DNA from: a virus
Length of the DNA stretch: 64,000 bases
IMG/VR virus record: IMGVR_UViG_3300031539_000002
Direction: 5' to 3' (one strand)
Shown here: piece after piece, positions 18,708 to 28,750 of the stretch
Numbering within the stretch: position 1 is the stretch's first letter
How the letters are laid out: each line of letters begins with the position of its first letter
Notes under the pieces: generated by a model
What the model was told of the DNA's origin: nothing
Seen by the model: the letters and a program-made list of their open reading frames with translations, nothing else
Databases searched by the model: none
Program-made: the position numbers and the translations under genes

Positions 18708-20057
18708 ATGGCGACAACAAAAAAGACCACGAAGAAGAAAGCAGCGACCAAGAAGAAGGCAGCCAAGAAAGCTCCTGCTCCCGCTGCTGCCCCCAAAAAG
18801 ACGGCGAAGAAAACCACAGGGAAGACGAAGACCTCCGGGAAGGGAGGGAAAGCCTCGTCTCCCCTTCTCCAGGGCAAGGCGATGCTCAAGGACGCCCTCA
18901 AGTCGATGGACTGGAAAACAGACCTCGACCCGAAGCAGGCGAGAAAGTCCTTGCCGGTTCTCTCCACCGGTTCGACCGTCATCAACATCCTCATCAGCGG
19001 CAAGGCCAACGAGTACGGGGTGCTCCCCTGTCCGGGATTCCCCAAGGGCCGCATCGTGAACCTCTACGGCAAGGAGGGATCGGGCAAGACCACCATTGCA
19101 CTCCAAACCGCGGTTCAGACGATCAAAGCCGGGGGCACCGTCTGCTACATCGACTGGGAGCACGAGATCGTGCCGGGCTATGCCATGGCCCTCGGGGTGC
19201 CCATCGGTGACGACTCCAAGTTCATGCTGTGTCAGCCCGACACGCTCGATGAGGGTGTGGCGATCATCTGGACGATGGCATCCGCAGGCGTTGACCTGAT
19301 CGTGCTCGACTCTGTGGGAGCCGGCGTTCCGAAAGCGTACTTCGAGAAGGCGATCAAGGAGACCGCCGAGCAAGGGCGTGTGGGGATGAACGCTGCGGTG
19401 TGGTCGGCCTTCTTGCCAAAGCTCAAGGGGCGCATCAGCAAGACCAGCACGACCATCATCGGGATCTCGCAGATCCGCGACTCCATCAACACGATGGGCT
19501 ACGGCGACAACTTCACAGTGCAGGGAGGCAAGGCATGGAAGTTCTACTCCGCGCTTCGCATTCGTCTCCAGCCGATGGGGGTTGAGAAGACCTCCGAGTA
19601 CTCCTCCGTGGTCAACAAGACCGCCGATCAAGTCGTGGGGGTCAAGGTCAAGGTCAAGCTCGACAAGTGCAAGGTCTCTGCGCAGCAGAACAACGAGACC
19701 ATGTTCTACATCCGCTACGGCGAGGGCATCGACGACCTTCGATCCCTGATCGAAATCGGCATCGCCCACAAGGTCATCAAGAAGGCAGGGGCGTGGTTTG
19801 AGTGGCTTGACCCTGAGGGTGTCTCCTACAAATTTCAGGGTATGGAGAACTTCCGCGGGGCGTTCGCCAAGGATGCAAGGCTCGCCAAGCTCCTTGAGAA
19901 ACAGGTTCTTCCCTACCTCGGTTCCTCGAGCAGCAGTGTCGGGGAGGACGAGGAGGACGAGGAGGAGTTGTTCGGGAGCGATTCGTTCCAGAACGATGAG
20001 GAACTCAAGCAGATCCTGTCGTCCATCAGTTCCGAACCGGATGACGAGCCCGCCTGA
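18708..20057 (+). CDS. recA: RecA recombinase with Lys/Ala-rich N-terminal tail
   Basis: GFPKGRIVNLYGKEGSGKTT, YIDWEH, IVLDSV, SQIR, GGKAWKFYSALRI, KAGAWF. Confidence 0.93.
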   Translation: MATTKKTTKKKAATKKKAAKKAPAPAAAPKKTAKKTTGKTKTSGKGGKASSPLLQGKAMLKDALKSMDWKTDLDPKQARKSLPVLSTGSTVINILISGKANEYGVLPCPGFPKGRIVNLYGKEGSGKTTIALQTAVQTIKAGGTVCYIDWEHEIVPGYAMALGVPIGDDSKFMLCQPDTLDEGVAIIWTMASAGVDLIVLDSVGAGVPKAYFEKAIKETAEQGRVGMNAAVWSAFLPKLKGRISKTSTTIIGISQIRDSINTMGYGDNFTVQGGKAWKFYSALRIRLQPMGVEKTSEYSSVVNKTADQVVGVKVKVKLDKCKVSAQQNNETMFYIRYGEGIDDLRSLIEIGIAHKVIKKAGAWFEWLDPEGVSYKFQGMENFRGAFAKDARLAKLLEKQVLPYLGSSSSSVGEDEEDEEELFGSDSFQNDEELKQILSSISSEPDDEPA

Positions 20058-21301
20058 TGCCTATCAAAGTTCGTGTCCGTGACTTCCAGTCCATCGAAGA
20101 CGCCACCATCGTCATCGACGGCTTGACTGTGGTGACGGGCACGAACAATGCCGGCAAGTCTGCTTTCTTCCGTGCCCTTCGGGGAGCCCTGACGAACGCC
20201 AGGGGTTACGACTTCGTTCGCTACGGGGCCAAGTTCTGCACCGTCGATATCGAAGACGTTCCTACAGGGCGCACCCTCACCTGGCAGAAAGGGAAGGGCG
20301 TCAACACTTACATCATCGACGGTAAGGAACTCCCGAAGGTTGGGCATGGTGTCCCCCCCGAGGCGCAGATCTTCGGCGTCGAGTCCATCAAGGCCGGCAA
20401 CTCGGAGCTGTGGCCTCAGATTGCCGCGCAGATTACGGGCGTCAGCTTCCTGCTCCACGAGTCGGGGTCCGTGGTGGCCGAAGCCGTGGCCGATGTTGAC
20501 CGTGTGAACCAACTCAGCCGGGCACTCAAGGACTGTGAGTCCGACAAACGCAGCACCCGAGCCAACCTCAAGGTGCGCCGCAAAGACTCCAAGACCCTGG
20601 CAGAGCGCATGGAAGGGTTTGCGGGTTTGGACGCCGCGGTGGAGGCTGTCGACGCGCTCGATACGCGCCACAAGAAGGCAGAGAAGATCGCCAAGGCCAA
20701 CGCCAACCTCGTGCGTCTCGGGGACCGTGTGACTCGCGCACGTACCGAGGTCCGGGCTCTTGATGGGCTTGAAGAGGCGGCCAAGCGAGTTCCTCCCTCT
20801 GAGCGCATCAGGGGGGTCCGAGAGACCGGCCGGGAGTGGGCTGCTGCGACACACCTCAGCACCCGCCTGGGCACCGCACGAAGCGACGTGCGCACGCTGG
20901 CGGGGCTTGAGGACGTGGAGGGCCTGCTGCCTTCCACAAAGCGTATGGGCTACGTTCAGCAGTTCAGGAAGGCCATCGGAGTGACCGTTGGGCTTGCCAT
21001 GCGCTACGAGGAGGCCAAAACCGAATTGGCCCGTGCGGAGGCTGCGCAGAAAGCTCTGAAAGGCATCACCCTCGACGACAAGAAAGTCGTCCGCATCGGG
21101 AAGTTCAGGAAGGCCCTCGACAACGCGAAGCGGATGCGCAAGAGATACGTGGAGCATCGAGACTCCGTGACGACCCTGGATCACCAGATCAAGGTGATGG
21201 AGGCCGAACTCGCGAAGCTCACAGAACGCGCCGCAGAGGTACTTGGCACCTACCAGGAGTGCCCTACGTGTGGCGGCGGTCTCGACCACGTTCACCAGTA
21301 G
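20057..21301 (+). CDS. SbcC/Rad50-like ATPase, N-terminal half (Walker A, coiled coil, zinc hook)
   Basis: VRDFQSIED, GTNNAGKS, a long coiled coil and terminal CPTCG. No Walker B. Confidence 0.8.
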   Translation: MPIKVRVRDFQSIEDATIVIDGLTVVTGTNNAGKSAFFRALRGALTNARGYDFVRYGAKFCTVDIEDVPTGRTLTWQKGKGVNTYIIDGKELPKVGHGVPPEAQIFGVESIKAGNSELWPQIAAQITGVSFLLHESGSVVAEAVADVDRVNQLSRALKDCESDKRSTRANLKVRRKDSKTLAERMEGFAGLDAAVEAVDALDTRHKKAEKIAKANANLVRLGDRVTRARTEVRALDGLEEAAKRVPPSERIRGVRETGREWAAATHLSTRLGTARSDVRTLAGLEDVEGLLPSTKRMGYVQQFRKAIGVTVGLAMRYEEAKTELARAEAAQKALKGITLDDKKVVRIGKFRKALDNAKRMRKRYVEHRDSVTTLDHQIKVMEAELAKLTERAAEVLGTYQECPTCGGGLDHVHQ

Positions 21302-21318
21302 GCGTAAAAGGGACGGCC

Positions 21319-21540
21319 ATGCCGTCGATCAACCTCAGGAAGTACAACCGAGTCGCGCTCGAGGCAGAGCTCGCAGGGAAGTCCAACTACGAGGGGCCCC
21401 CTTGCAAGGCTTTTTCCAAGCATGTGGGCTCGGCTGGTACGACGACACGCGACACTGTGCGCCGCACTTGCAACCTCTGTGAGAGGCAGAAAGTGAAGGC
21501 GTGGCAGGAAAGACAGACAGAACGATGCACTTCGACGTAG
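21319..21540 (+). CDS. Small putative zinc-binding protein
   Basis: GPPC...H...CNLC pattern; AAGGGA upstream of ATG 21319. Confidence 0.5.
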   Translation: MPSINLRKYNRVALEAELAGKSNYEGPPCKAFSKHVGSAGTTTRDTVRRTCNLCERQKVKAWQERQTERCTST

Positions 21541-22679
21541 ACAGTCACACCATCTTCCTCGCCGTCACGGGTTCCCATGCCTATGGGATGGCACGACCCA
21601 CATCCGACGTGGACATTCGAGGCGCTGCCGTTGTGCCTCGTGATGTGCGGGATAGCTTCTACTTGAATTTCGACCAGTTTACGGCCGCGACTCAGCAGGG
21701 GCCATGGGGGCCGAACTCAGAGTTCGCCCTCAAGCAGATGGAGCACCACGAGACTGCGGGCCCTTGCTACCGGGGCGAGACGGACCTGTGCGTCTACTCG
21801 CTGACGAAGATGATTGCGTTGGCGGCGAACAACAACCCCAACGTGCTTGAGCTACTGTTCATGGACAACCGGGACGTGTTGTTCGCCACCGGGAAGTGGG
21901 AAGAGATCCTCGAGGGACGCGATCTGTTCCTCTCCAAGAAGTGCCGCCACTCCTACACGGGGTATGCGATGTCGCAGCTAAAGCGCATCCAAGGGCACCG
22001 GGCTTGGCTACTCAACCCGCCTTCGGCACCCCCGACACGGGAAGAGTACGGACTGCCCAACGAGTCTGTACTCCCGGCCGACGTGCGCAATCAGATCGAT
22101 GAAGCCGTCAAAAAGATCATTGCGCAGTGGCAGCTCACCGATGGATTTGAGGATTTGCTCGTGGGCGGTGCGCTCGACTCACTTGTGAATCGCATGAGGG
22201 ATTTCCACTCGACGATGTTGCAGTGCGAAGACGGCATGCTCGATGAGAAGGTGTACGAGCTCGCGGGGGCGAGCATCGGTTTGTCGAAGGACATGCTCTA
22301 CGCCATCAAGCAGGAGCGGAAGTACCGGGCCGCGCTCAAGCACTGGCAGCAGTTCAAGACGTGGAAAACGGAACGCAACGAGAAGCGAGCCGAACTCGAG
22401 GCCGAACATGGCTACGACACGAAGCATGCGTCGCATCTCATTCGCCTTCTGCGGACAGGGCTTGAGATTCTGACCGAGCACACGGTCAAGGTGCGTCGCC
22501 CCGATGCCGAGGAACTCATGGCGATCCGGGATGGGCGCTGGAGCTACGACGAGTTGATGGAACAGGCCGAGAATCTCCAAGCGGAGATCTCCGAAGCCTA
22601 CAAGACGAGTACGTTGCGCAAAGCTCCCGAAGTGGCCAAGATTGACGAACTTCTTCTGTCGGTTCTGAGCGGGGTGTAG
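21525..22679 (+). CDS. Pol-beta superfamily nucleotidyltransferase (RlaP/YcgL-like)
   Basis: GSHAYG...[37 protein letters not shown]. Confidence 0.82.
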   Translation: MHFDVDSHTIFLAVTGSHAYGMARPTSDVDIRGAAVVPRDVRDSFYLNFDQFTAATQQGPWGPNSEFALKQMEHHETAGPCYRGETDLCVYSLTKMIALAANNNPNVLELLFMDNRDVLFATGKWEEILEGRDLFLSKKCRHSYTGYAMSQLKRIQGHRAWLLNPPSAPPTREEYGLPNESVLPADVRNQIDEAVKKIIAQWQLTDGFEDLLVGGALDSLVNRMRDFHSTMLQCEDGMLDEKVYELAGASIGLSKDMLYAIKQERKYRAALKHWQQFKTWKTERNEKRAELEAEHGYDTKHASHLIRLLRTGLEILTEHTVKVRRPDAEELMAIRDGRWSYDELMEQAENLQAEISEAYKTSTLRKAPEVAKIDELLLSVLSGV

Positions 22680-22689
22680 AACCGATACG

Positions 22690-23643
22690 ATGGACAACTT
22701 CGCCGACGACCCTTACCTCGACATCCTCAAAGCTCTCCTGACGGAGGGCATCCGCAAGGGAGACCGCACCAAGACAGGGATGCGGGAGATCTTCGGTGCC
22801 CCGCAGATGGTGTTTGATCTCAACACAGGCAAGTTCCCGCTGTTGACGACCAAGAAGATGTTCACGAAGGGGATTTTGGTTGAGCTGCTTTGGTTCCTGC
22901 GTGGCGACACCAACATCAAGTTCCTGCACGACCACGATGTTCACATCTGGGACGAATGGGCTGACGAGAATGGAGACCTCGGCCCGGTCTACGGTGCGCA
23001 GTGGAGGTCATGGTCGACAGCGCCAGATGACGGCAACAACAACGACGTGCCACCGGTCATTGATCAGATCGCGGACCTCATTGAGGAGATCAAGACGAAG
23101 CCGGATTCGCGCCGCATGATGGTGACGGCTTGGAACCCCTCTGAGATCCCGAACATGCGTCTTCCTCCGTGCCACTGCATGTTCCAGACGAATTCGCAGC
23201 CCATGTCGCATGAGCGTCGGGCTCAGTGGGCCACTTCGCAGGGCTGGTACGACCCGTCGAGTCTCAACTCGGACACCTCCAAGGCGTCGTTGGACGCATG
23301 GGGAGCCCCCACACGCGAGCTGCACCTCAAGCTCTACCAGCGGAGTGCAGACTGGTTCCTCGGAGTGCCCTTCAACATGGCCAGCTACGCGATGCTGACC
23401 ATGATGCTTGCCAAACTCTGCGGCATGGCCCCTGGCCGATTCATCCACACATTCGGCTCAGCCCACCTGTACGAGAACCACCTCGAGCAGGCCAAGATGC
23501 AGCTTGAGCGCACTCCGTTCGCGGCTCCGACCATGAAGATCCTTCCCAATGAAGTGAGCAGCATCGACGGGTTCCGCCTTGAGGACTTCGCGCTCGAAGG
23601 CTACGAACATCACCCGGCGATCAAGGCTCCGATCGCCGTCTGA
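22690..23643 (+). CDS. thyA: Thymidylate synthase
   Basis: [57 protein letters not shown]. Confidence 0.96.
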   Translation: MDNFADDPYLDILKALLTEGIRKGDRTKTGMREIFGAPQMVFDLNTGKFPLLTTKKMFTKGILVELLWFLRGDTNIKFLHDHDVHIWDEWADENGDLGPVYGAQWRSWSTAPDDGNNNDVPPVIDQIADLIEEIKTKPDSRRMMVTAWNPSEIPNMRLPPCHCMFQTNSQPMSHERRAQWATSQGWYDPSSLNSDTSKASLDAWGAPTRELHLKLYQRSADWFLGVPFNMASYAMLTMMLAKLCGMAPGRFIHTFGSAHLYENHLEQAKMQLERTPFAAPTMKILPNEVSSIDGFRLEDFALEGYEHHPAIKAPIAV

Positions 23644-23660
23644 GCAGGGTAAGATGGGGC

Positions 23661-23906
23661 ATGTCCTGTCACGACGACCGGGTCTCGGCGCATAAGGCCG
23701 TGGCCAAAGAGGTGTTCCCTCAACTAACCGAGGCACAGCTTGAGGGAGTCTGGGCTCTGTGGGCGTACCACAGTCCTAAGGCGTATCGACAGGACCACGA
23801 CGATGCTTTGTGCGGCTACTTGACGACGGAGTGTGGAGTCCCACACATCGAAGAAGCCCGGAAGCTCATTCGGGCTCTTCACAAATACGACCTGTGTTTG
23901 TTTTGA
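23661..23906 (+). CDS. Small hypothetical protein
   Basis: 81-aa ORF preceded by GGGTAAGAT-N5. Confidence 0.55.
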   Translation: MSCHDDRVSAHKAVAKEVFPQLTEAQLEGVWALWAYHSPKAYRQDHDDALCGYLTTECGVPHIEEARKLIRALHKYDLCLF

Positions 23907-24129
23907 GGCGCGGGGCGAGCTCGTCGTAGTTCGTCCACTTGACGTAGGGGTGGCCGCATGGGCAATGCGCCCCTGAGTAAGTGGGAGGGAGCCTGCCGTC
24001 GGCACGCATCCGGGACCGTTCGGCCAAGTTCTCTCCCCATTTGCGGCCGCACCTAAGACACTCGTAGAGCGCGATCGGGTCCCCTTGGTCCTTCTTCCGA
24101 CCGGGCTTTTTTCGTTTCCATCGAGCCAC
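23866..24129 (-). CDS. Possible small zinc-ribbon protein on the minus strand
   Basis: YECLRCGRKW...HCPCGHPYVKW; occupies the gap between plus-strand genes. Confidence 0.4.
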   Translation of the reverse strand: MARWKRKKPGRKKDQGDPIALYECLRCGRKWGENLAERSRMRADGRLPPTYSGAHCPCGHPYVKWTNYDELAPRLKTNTGRICEEPE

Positions 24130-24198
24130 GCCAAGGAACCTTACCGAACACAGAAGGTAGTTTTACGAAGCCGGGGAACTCGTCGGGTAGAATCCCTG

Positions 24199-25182
24199 AT
24201 GATTCGTCTCCTCTGGCGCACAGACGTGCACACCCGAGACTCGGGCCCTGAGTCTCGTACGGACGATTGGGCCGACACGGTGATGGGCAAGCTCACCGAA
24301 GTCGGGCAGATCGCGCGTAAGCACGAATGTCACGCCGTAATCGATGGCGGCGACTTTTTCGATGACAAGACCCCCATCAGGACGACGCACCGTCTCGTGA
24401 GCCGCGTGGCCCGTGTTCACCAGGGCTACCCGTGTCCGGTGTTCGCCAACGTCGGAAACCATGACGTGCGCCTGGCACAGCTCGGCAACCTCCATGAGAA
24501 CCCACTTGAGGTTCTGTACGCCACGGGAGTGTTCTACCGCCTGTACGACGAGCACGAGTGTGTGATCGACAAGGAGGGCGTGAAGGTCCGCGTGGTGGGC
24601 ATCCCCTACCACGGCCCTCGCTACGACCTTGAGCGGTTCAAGGCCATCGAGCGCGGGGACGAGGACTATCTGATCTGCAACGCTCATGTCCTCGCGTCGC
24701 CTCAGGGTGGCGAGATGTTCAAGGGCGAGGACATTCTGCGCTACTCCGATCTGCCGAGCCTCAACCCAAACGTGGATGTTTGGTGTTTTGGCCACTGGCA
24801 TAAGAACCAAGGCATCACGCAGATCGCCGATGACAAGTGGGTGGTCAACACCGGGAGCCTCACTCGAGGAGCCCTGACCGAGGACAACGTGGAGCGCGAG
24901 CCCGGTGTCGTCGTCATGGGATTCTGGCCGAGGGATCGCAACATGCCCCCCACCCTGGAGTTCGTGAAAATCGGGGTGAAGCCCGCGAAGGAGGTATTTG
25001 ACATGGAAAAACGCGTCCGAGAAGAGGCCCGAGCCGTGACTGTCGATGCCTTCGTGGAGTCCGTGAAGAAGGAATTGCAGACCTCCTCCGACAAGCCCTT
25101 TCCCGAACTCATTCGCGAGCTCGACATGCCCTCCAAGGTCAAGGAACGAGCACTTGAGTACCTCGACAAGGCCCGTAGGTAG
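24199..25182 (+). CDS. SbcD/Mre11-like metallophosphoesterase nuclease
   Basis: DVH, GGDFFD, GNHD and FGHWH calcineurin-like motifs plus NTGSLTR. Lies between the two SbcC halves. Confidence 0.85.
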   Translation: MIRLLWRTDVHTRDSGPESRTDDWADTVMGKLTEVGQIARKHECHAVIDGGDFFDDKTPIRTTHRLVSRVARVHQGYPCPVFANVGNHDVRLAQLGNLHENPLEVLYATGVFYRLYDEHECVIDKEGVKVRVVGIPYHGPRYDLERFKAIERGDEDYLICNAHVLASPQGGEMFKGEDILRYSDLPSLNPNVDVWCFGHWHKNQGITQIADDKWVVNTGSLTRGALTEDNVEREPGVVVMGFWPRDRNMPPTLEFVKIGVKPAKEVFDMEKRVREEARAVTVDAFVESVKKELQTSSDKPFPELIRELDMPSKVKERALEYLDKARR

Positions 25183-25191
25183 AGTGATTTC

Positions 25192-26118
25192 GTGACGGTG
25201 AAGCATCTCAGGACCCTGTACTGGTCGCATCTCCAGGCTTACGAGGAGTGCCCTCAGAAGTGCTTCTGGCAATACGGATGGGGCGACATCGATCAAGGAC
25301 GAGGCCCCGGCAAGGGGCGTCCTAAGCCCGAGGACAAGTCCATGCACCATGCGGTCATGGGCATCGTCATCCAGGCCGTCCTCGAGGATCTCTACAACAA
25401 GGAGATGTGGAAGCAGCCGCAGGAGCTCAAAAAGCGCCTGATCGAACTGACGAAGGAGAAGCTCACATCGTCGTTGCCACGTTTCTACATCGACTGGGAC
25501 CAGACTTCGTTCTCCGAGATGGAGGAAGTCTGCATGGATGGCGTCTTGGGCTATCTCAAGACGATGAAGGCCCACAACCTGCTGGGGGTCTATGCGCGCA
25601 GTGAGGTCGAGCTCTACGGGTTTGCCGCCAACTGGCTCCCGCTCGGGGGCCGGGCTGACTTCGTGATTCGCCGGGATGACACGGGCATCACTTTGCTCGA
25701 TGGCAAGAACAGCGGAACCAAGCTCAAGTACGTCGATCCCGACCAGCTCCGGTGGTACGCCCTGTGCTTCTCACTGGCCTACAGGAAGCTTCCTGACCGT
25801 TTGGGGTTTGCGTGGTTCCGCTATCCGACGGACGCCGAGGCGGGGGAGCCGGGGATCGATTGGGTGGATTTCACGAAGCGGGATCTCGTCGCCCTGGTGG
25901 ATCGGGCCAAGAAAGTACGCCGGGGTCAAGAGGCCGGGAAGTTCAAGGCAACGCCCTCCTACAAGGTCTGTCGCTTCTGTGACTACGAGTCTGTGTGCGA
26001 GGAGAGGCAACAGGCCAAAGCTGAGAACTCGGCCAAACGACAACGTAAAGTTAAGAGCCTCCCAATTATTGACGAAGCTGAGGGCGGCGTCATCCAGTTC
26101 GGGTTCGGTAGCGAGTAG
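25192..26118 (+). CDS. PD-(D/E)XK exonuclease (RecB/AddB/Cas4-like, putative Fe-S)
   Basis: N-terminal ECP, GRADF...LDGK, QLRWYA, and C-terminal CRFCDYESVC. Confidence 0.8.
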   Translation: MTVKHLRTLYWSHLQAYEECPQKCFWQYGWGDIDQGRGPGKGRPKPEDKSMHHAVMGIVIQAVLEDLYNKEMWKQPQELKKRLIELTKEKLTSSLPRFYIDWDQTSFSEMEEVCMDGVLGYLKTMKAHNLLGVYARSEVELYGFAANWLPLGGRADFVIRRDDTGITLLDGKNSGTKLKYVDPDQLRWYALCFSLAYRKLPDRLGFAWFRYPTDAEAGEPGIDWVDFTKRDLVALVDRAKKVRRGQEAGKFKATPSYKVCRFCDYESVCEERQQAKAENSAKRQRKVKSLPIIDEAEGGVIQFGFGSE

Positions 26119-26129
26119 AAGGAGGGAGC

Positions 26130-26411
26130 ATGTCGGAGAACCTCGACCAAGAGCTCGACCAAGTTGTCGAGCGTCGCAAAAAGGTGGCCGAGGCCATCGA
26201 GCGACTCAAGGGCCGCAAAGAGCAGGCCGAAACCAATCTCGCAGCCGTCGAAGAGGAGTGCCGGGCGAAGAACATCGACCCGGACAAGATCGACGACATC
26301 ATCGCCCAGCTCGACGGAAAGTACCGCGAGCAAATCGAAGAACTGAAGAATGACACCGAAGAAGCAGAACGGGCTCTTGCGCCGTTCATCGGAGGAGAAG
26401 CAACCCCATGA
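26130..26411 (+). CDS. Small coiled-coil protein
   Basis: 93 aa, heptad-like throughout; AGGAGG RBS. Confidence 0.7.
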   Translation: MSENLDQELDQVVERRKKVAEAIERLKGRKEQAETNLAAVEEECRAKNIDPDKIDDIIAQLDGKYREQIEELKNDTEEAERALAPFIGGEATP

Positions 26412-27556
26412 AAATCGAAGTCGCGAAGCCTGATCTTGAGGCGGCCCTCCAAGTGGTGTCTATTGGCACCGCCTCGACGGGGTCGGACCTCACCACCCAC
26501 TTTGTCTTCCGCCGTCGTGACGGCGTGGTCGAAGTGCTCTCCAACAACAACCGCCTTGGGTGCTCGATGCCCATCGCCGGCTGCAACGTCGAAGAAGGCG
26601 GCGCCGATGCGTTCACAGTAGAGTCCTCTCGTCTCAACAAGTGGATCTCTGCCGTCGAAGACGCATCCCTCACCCTCGAACTCGAAGACGGCACCGTCAG
26701 GGCGACGAGCCCCAAAGGTTCGGTCAAGTTCCAATCCCTCGACCCGGCGCAGTTCCCCTACTGGGACGAGACACTGGGGGACACTGCCGACGGCATCTCC
26801 CTCAACGCCAAGCGTCTTCAAAGTGCCCTGCGGCATGTCAAGCTCTTCATCTCCGACAAGGACACCACGACTCCTAAGCTCGCGGTGACGGAGATCTCCA
26901 ACGGGTCCTTGCAAGCCACGGACAAGGGGGCTTTGGCGGTCGTCACCATCAAAGAACTCGCCAAGAGCAATCTCCGCATCCACGGCAAGGACCTTGCGCA
27001 AGTGCTGGCCTTCCTCGGCTCGTGCGGAGAGGATGCTGTTGAGATCAAAGAGCACGAACGCTGCTTGTTCCTGGTGCGCCAGGACGGCGGTGTTTTGTCC
27101 GTGGGCCGTCCACACCACGCGTTCCCTGACATCCAGCTCGACAAGAAGCCAGGCGACCCGCATTGGTGGTCCCTCAAGGCCGATGACTTGCAGTCGGCCA
27201 TCAACGCATTGTCGGCATCGGCATCAAAGGAAGACACGCGTCTCACCTTCAGTCTTGAAGGGGGCACCGTGGGGCTTTCCATGACGAGCGCCCCCGGAGA
27301 CAAGGTCACTCTTCATCTCGAAGCCATCGAACACGGCGCCGCAGAGGACGCCAAGATCGACATGCCCGAGAAGGGCTTCGACATCGCGTATCCGTACTTG
27401 CTCAAGCTCCTCGGCCAGCATCGAGGAGAGACGATCAAGTTCGGGCTCAACCCGCAGCTCGACAAGAAGACAAAAAAGCCGGGCGGTGGTTGGGTGCGGT
27501 TCCGTGAGGACCGTGACGGCGACGATTACCTCACCCTCCTCGTCTGGCTCCTGTGA
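26408..27556 (+). CDS. dnaN: DNA polymerase III beta-like sliding clamp
   Basis: 382 aa with a three-domain pattern (MKIEVAK.DL..AL, QFPY, QATD, AFPD); co-located with clamp-loader genes. Confidence 0.75.
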   Translation: MKIEVAKPDLEAALQVVSIGTASTGSDLTTHFVFRRRDGVVEVLSNNNRLGCSMPIAGCNVEEGGADAFTVESSRLNKWISAVEDASLTLELEDGTVRATSPKGSVKFQSLDPAQFPYWDETLGDTADGISLNAKRLQSALRHVKLFISDKDTTTPKLAVTEISNGSLQATDKGALAVVTIKELAKSNLRIHGKDLAQVLAFLGSCGEDAVEIKEHERCLFLVRQDGGVLSVGRPHHAFPDIQLDKKPGDPHWWSLKADDLQSAINALSASASKEDTRLTFSLEGGTVGLSMTSAPGDKVTLHLEAIEHGAAEDAKIDMPEKGFDIAYPYLLKLLGQHRGETIKFGLNPQLDKKTKKPGGGWVRFREDRDGDDYLTLLVWLL

Positions 27557-27560
27557 GGCG

Positions 27561-28232
27561 ATGTCGCTTCCTGAGCTTCCAGACTTGACTCGAGTGAGGG
27601 CCAAGGCCACCAAGGCTTTGGCTCTCCGCTCGGCGTTGGAGGCTCAGATTGCGGAGAACGACGCAGAGGTTAGCGACCTCGAGAACGAGGATGAACTGCT
27701 CGAACTCGTGGGCAGTCTGATCCGTCGGCTCATCGACGCAGAGGTGACCGATGGGGTCAAGGCTGTGGAGAAGCTCCAGACCGAAGGGTTGCAGGAGATT
27801 TTCCACGACCAAAACCTTTCGGTGCGTGCGGAGGTCGAGGAGTCTCGAGGAAAGGTGTCCGTTACCTTCTTCACTGCGCGCGAACGCAAGGATGGGTCTG
27901 TAGTGGAGGGGGTGGCCGACCAGTCCTTCGGGGGCTCCATCCTGACGATGCAGAGTGTCCTGATGCGTATCACCGTCATCTTCCGCCGGGGTATGCGCCC
28001 ATTGCTCCTGCTGGACGAAACACTTGCGGCGGTGGCCAATCGCTATGTCGACAGGGCTGCAAAGTTCCTGTCCACGCTTTCCAAACGCCTGGATCTCGAC
28101 ATCTTGCTCATCTCGCACGATGAAGCCCTTGTGGGGGCTGCGACCAACGCGTACTACGTCACCTATGTCAAAGACCGAGCCCGCTTCCGTAAGGTGACGG
28201 CTGAGGATCTGAAGAAAGATGGTGTGCGGTGA
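27561..28232 (+). CDS. SbcC/Rad50-like ATPase, C-terminal half (signature, Walker B, H-loop)
   Basis: Short coiled coil, SFGGS signature-like motif, LLLLDE and LLISHD. No Walker A. Confidence 0.78.
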   Translation: MSLPELPDLTRVRAKATKALALRSALEAQIAENDAEVSDLENEDELLELVGSLIRRLIDAEVTDGVKAVEKLQTEGLQEIFHDQNLSVRAEVEESRGKVSVTFFTARERKDGSVVEGVADQSFGGSILTMQSVLMRITVIFRRGMRPLLLLDETLAAVANRYVDRAAKFLSTLSKRLDLDILLISHDEALVGAATNAYYVTYVKDRARFRKVTAEDLKKDGVR

Positions 28233-28750
28233 AAAGCGAGGGTCAAGTCAAGCAGAAGCTCAAGCAGGTGATCTACCGTCACCGGAAGAGCCATGTCGAG
28301 CGAGGCATGACGCGCATCCCAGAGAACTGCACGCACAACAGGGCTGTGCGTCTGCCAGTGCATACAGGCAACCGTGCCGTCATCCATGTGTGCGCCTACT
28401 TGGTCTCTGAGACGGAGCCCAACGACGTGGTGTGCGATTCGACGATGGCGGGGGAAGTGCAGGCTCGTGAGTGCCCGTATTTCGAGGGATGCCATTCGGC
28501 CGAGGATCTCAAGGACGAGTTCACCCGGAACCTTGGGCTTGACGGGAGCCCCGTCAACATCGGGGTCATCGCCAAGGAATACCCGGACGTGGCCGCGCTC
28601 ATGTGGGCACTCGGCCCGGATAAGAAGATGGACACGAAGGCCCCTGCGGAACCCGGCGACTCGGGCATCCTTGCGTTCTTCGGTGAATCACTCGAGGAAC
28701 CTGACGTGGTTCCTGAACGCCCGCTCGTGGAGGATTCCGATGACCGCTAG
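28229..28750 (+). CDS. Cys-containing hypothetical protein
   Basis: 173 aa, GTGA overlap with upstream gene, several Cys/His. Confidence 0.65.
   Translation: MKSEGQVKQKLKQVIYRHRKSHVERGMTRIPENCTHNRAVRLPVHTGNRAVIHVCAYLVSETEPNDVVCDSTMAGEVQARECPYFEGCHSAEDLKDEFTRNLGLDGSPVNIGVIAKEYPDVAALMWALGPDKKMDTKAPAEPGDSGILAFFGESLEEPDVVPERPLVEDSDDR

Noticed and set aside
25192-26118. Cas4 / CRISPR-Cas system
   Set aside because: No repeat-spacer array or other cas genes are visible. The context indicates a recombination exonuclease.
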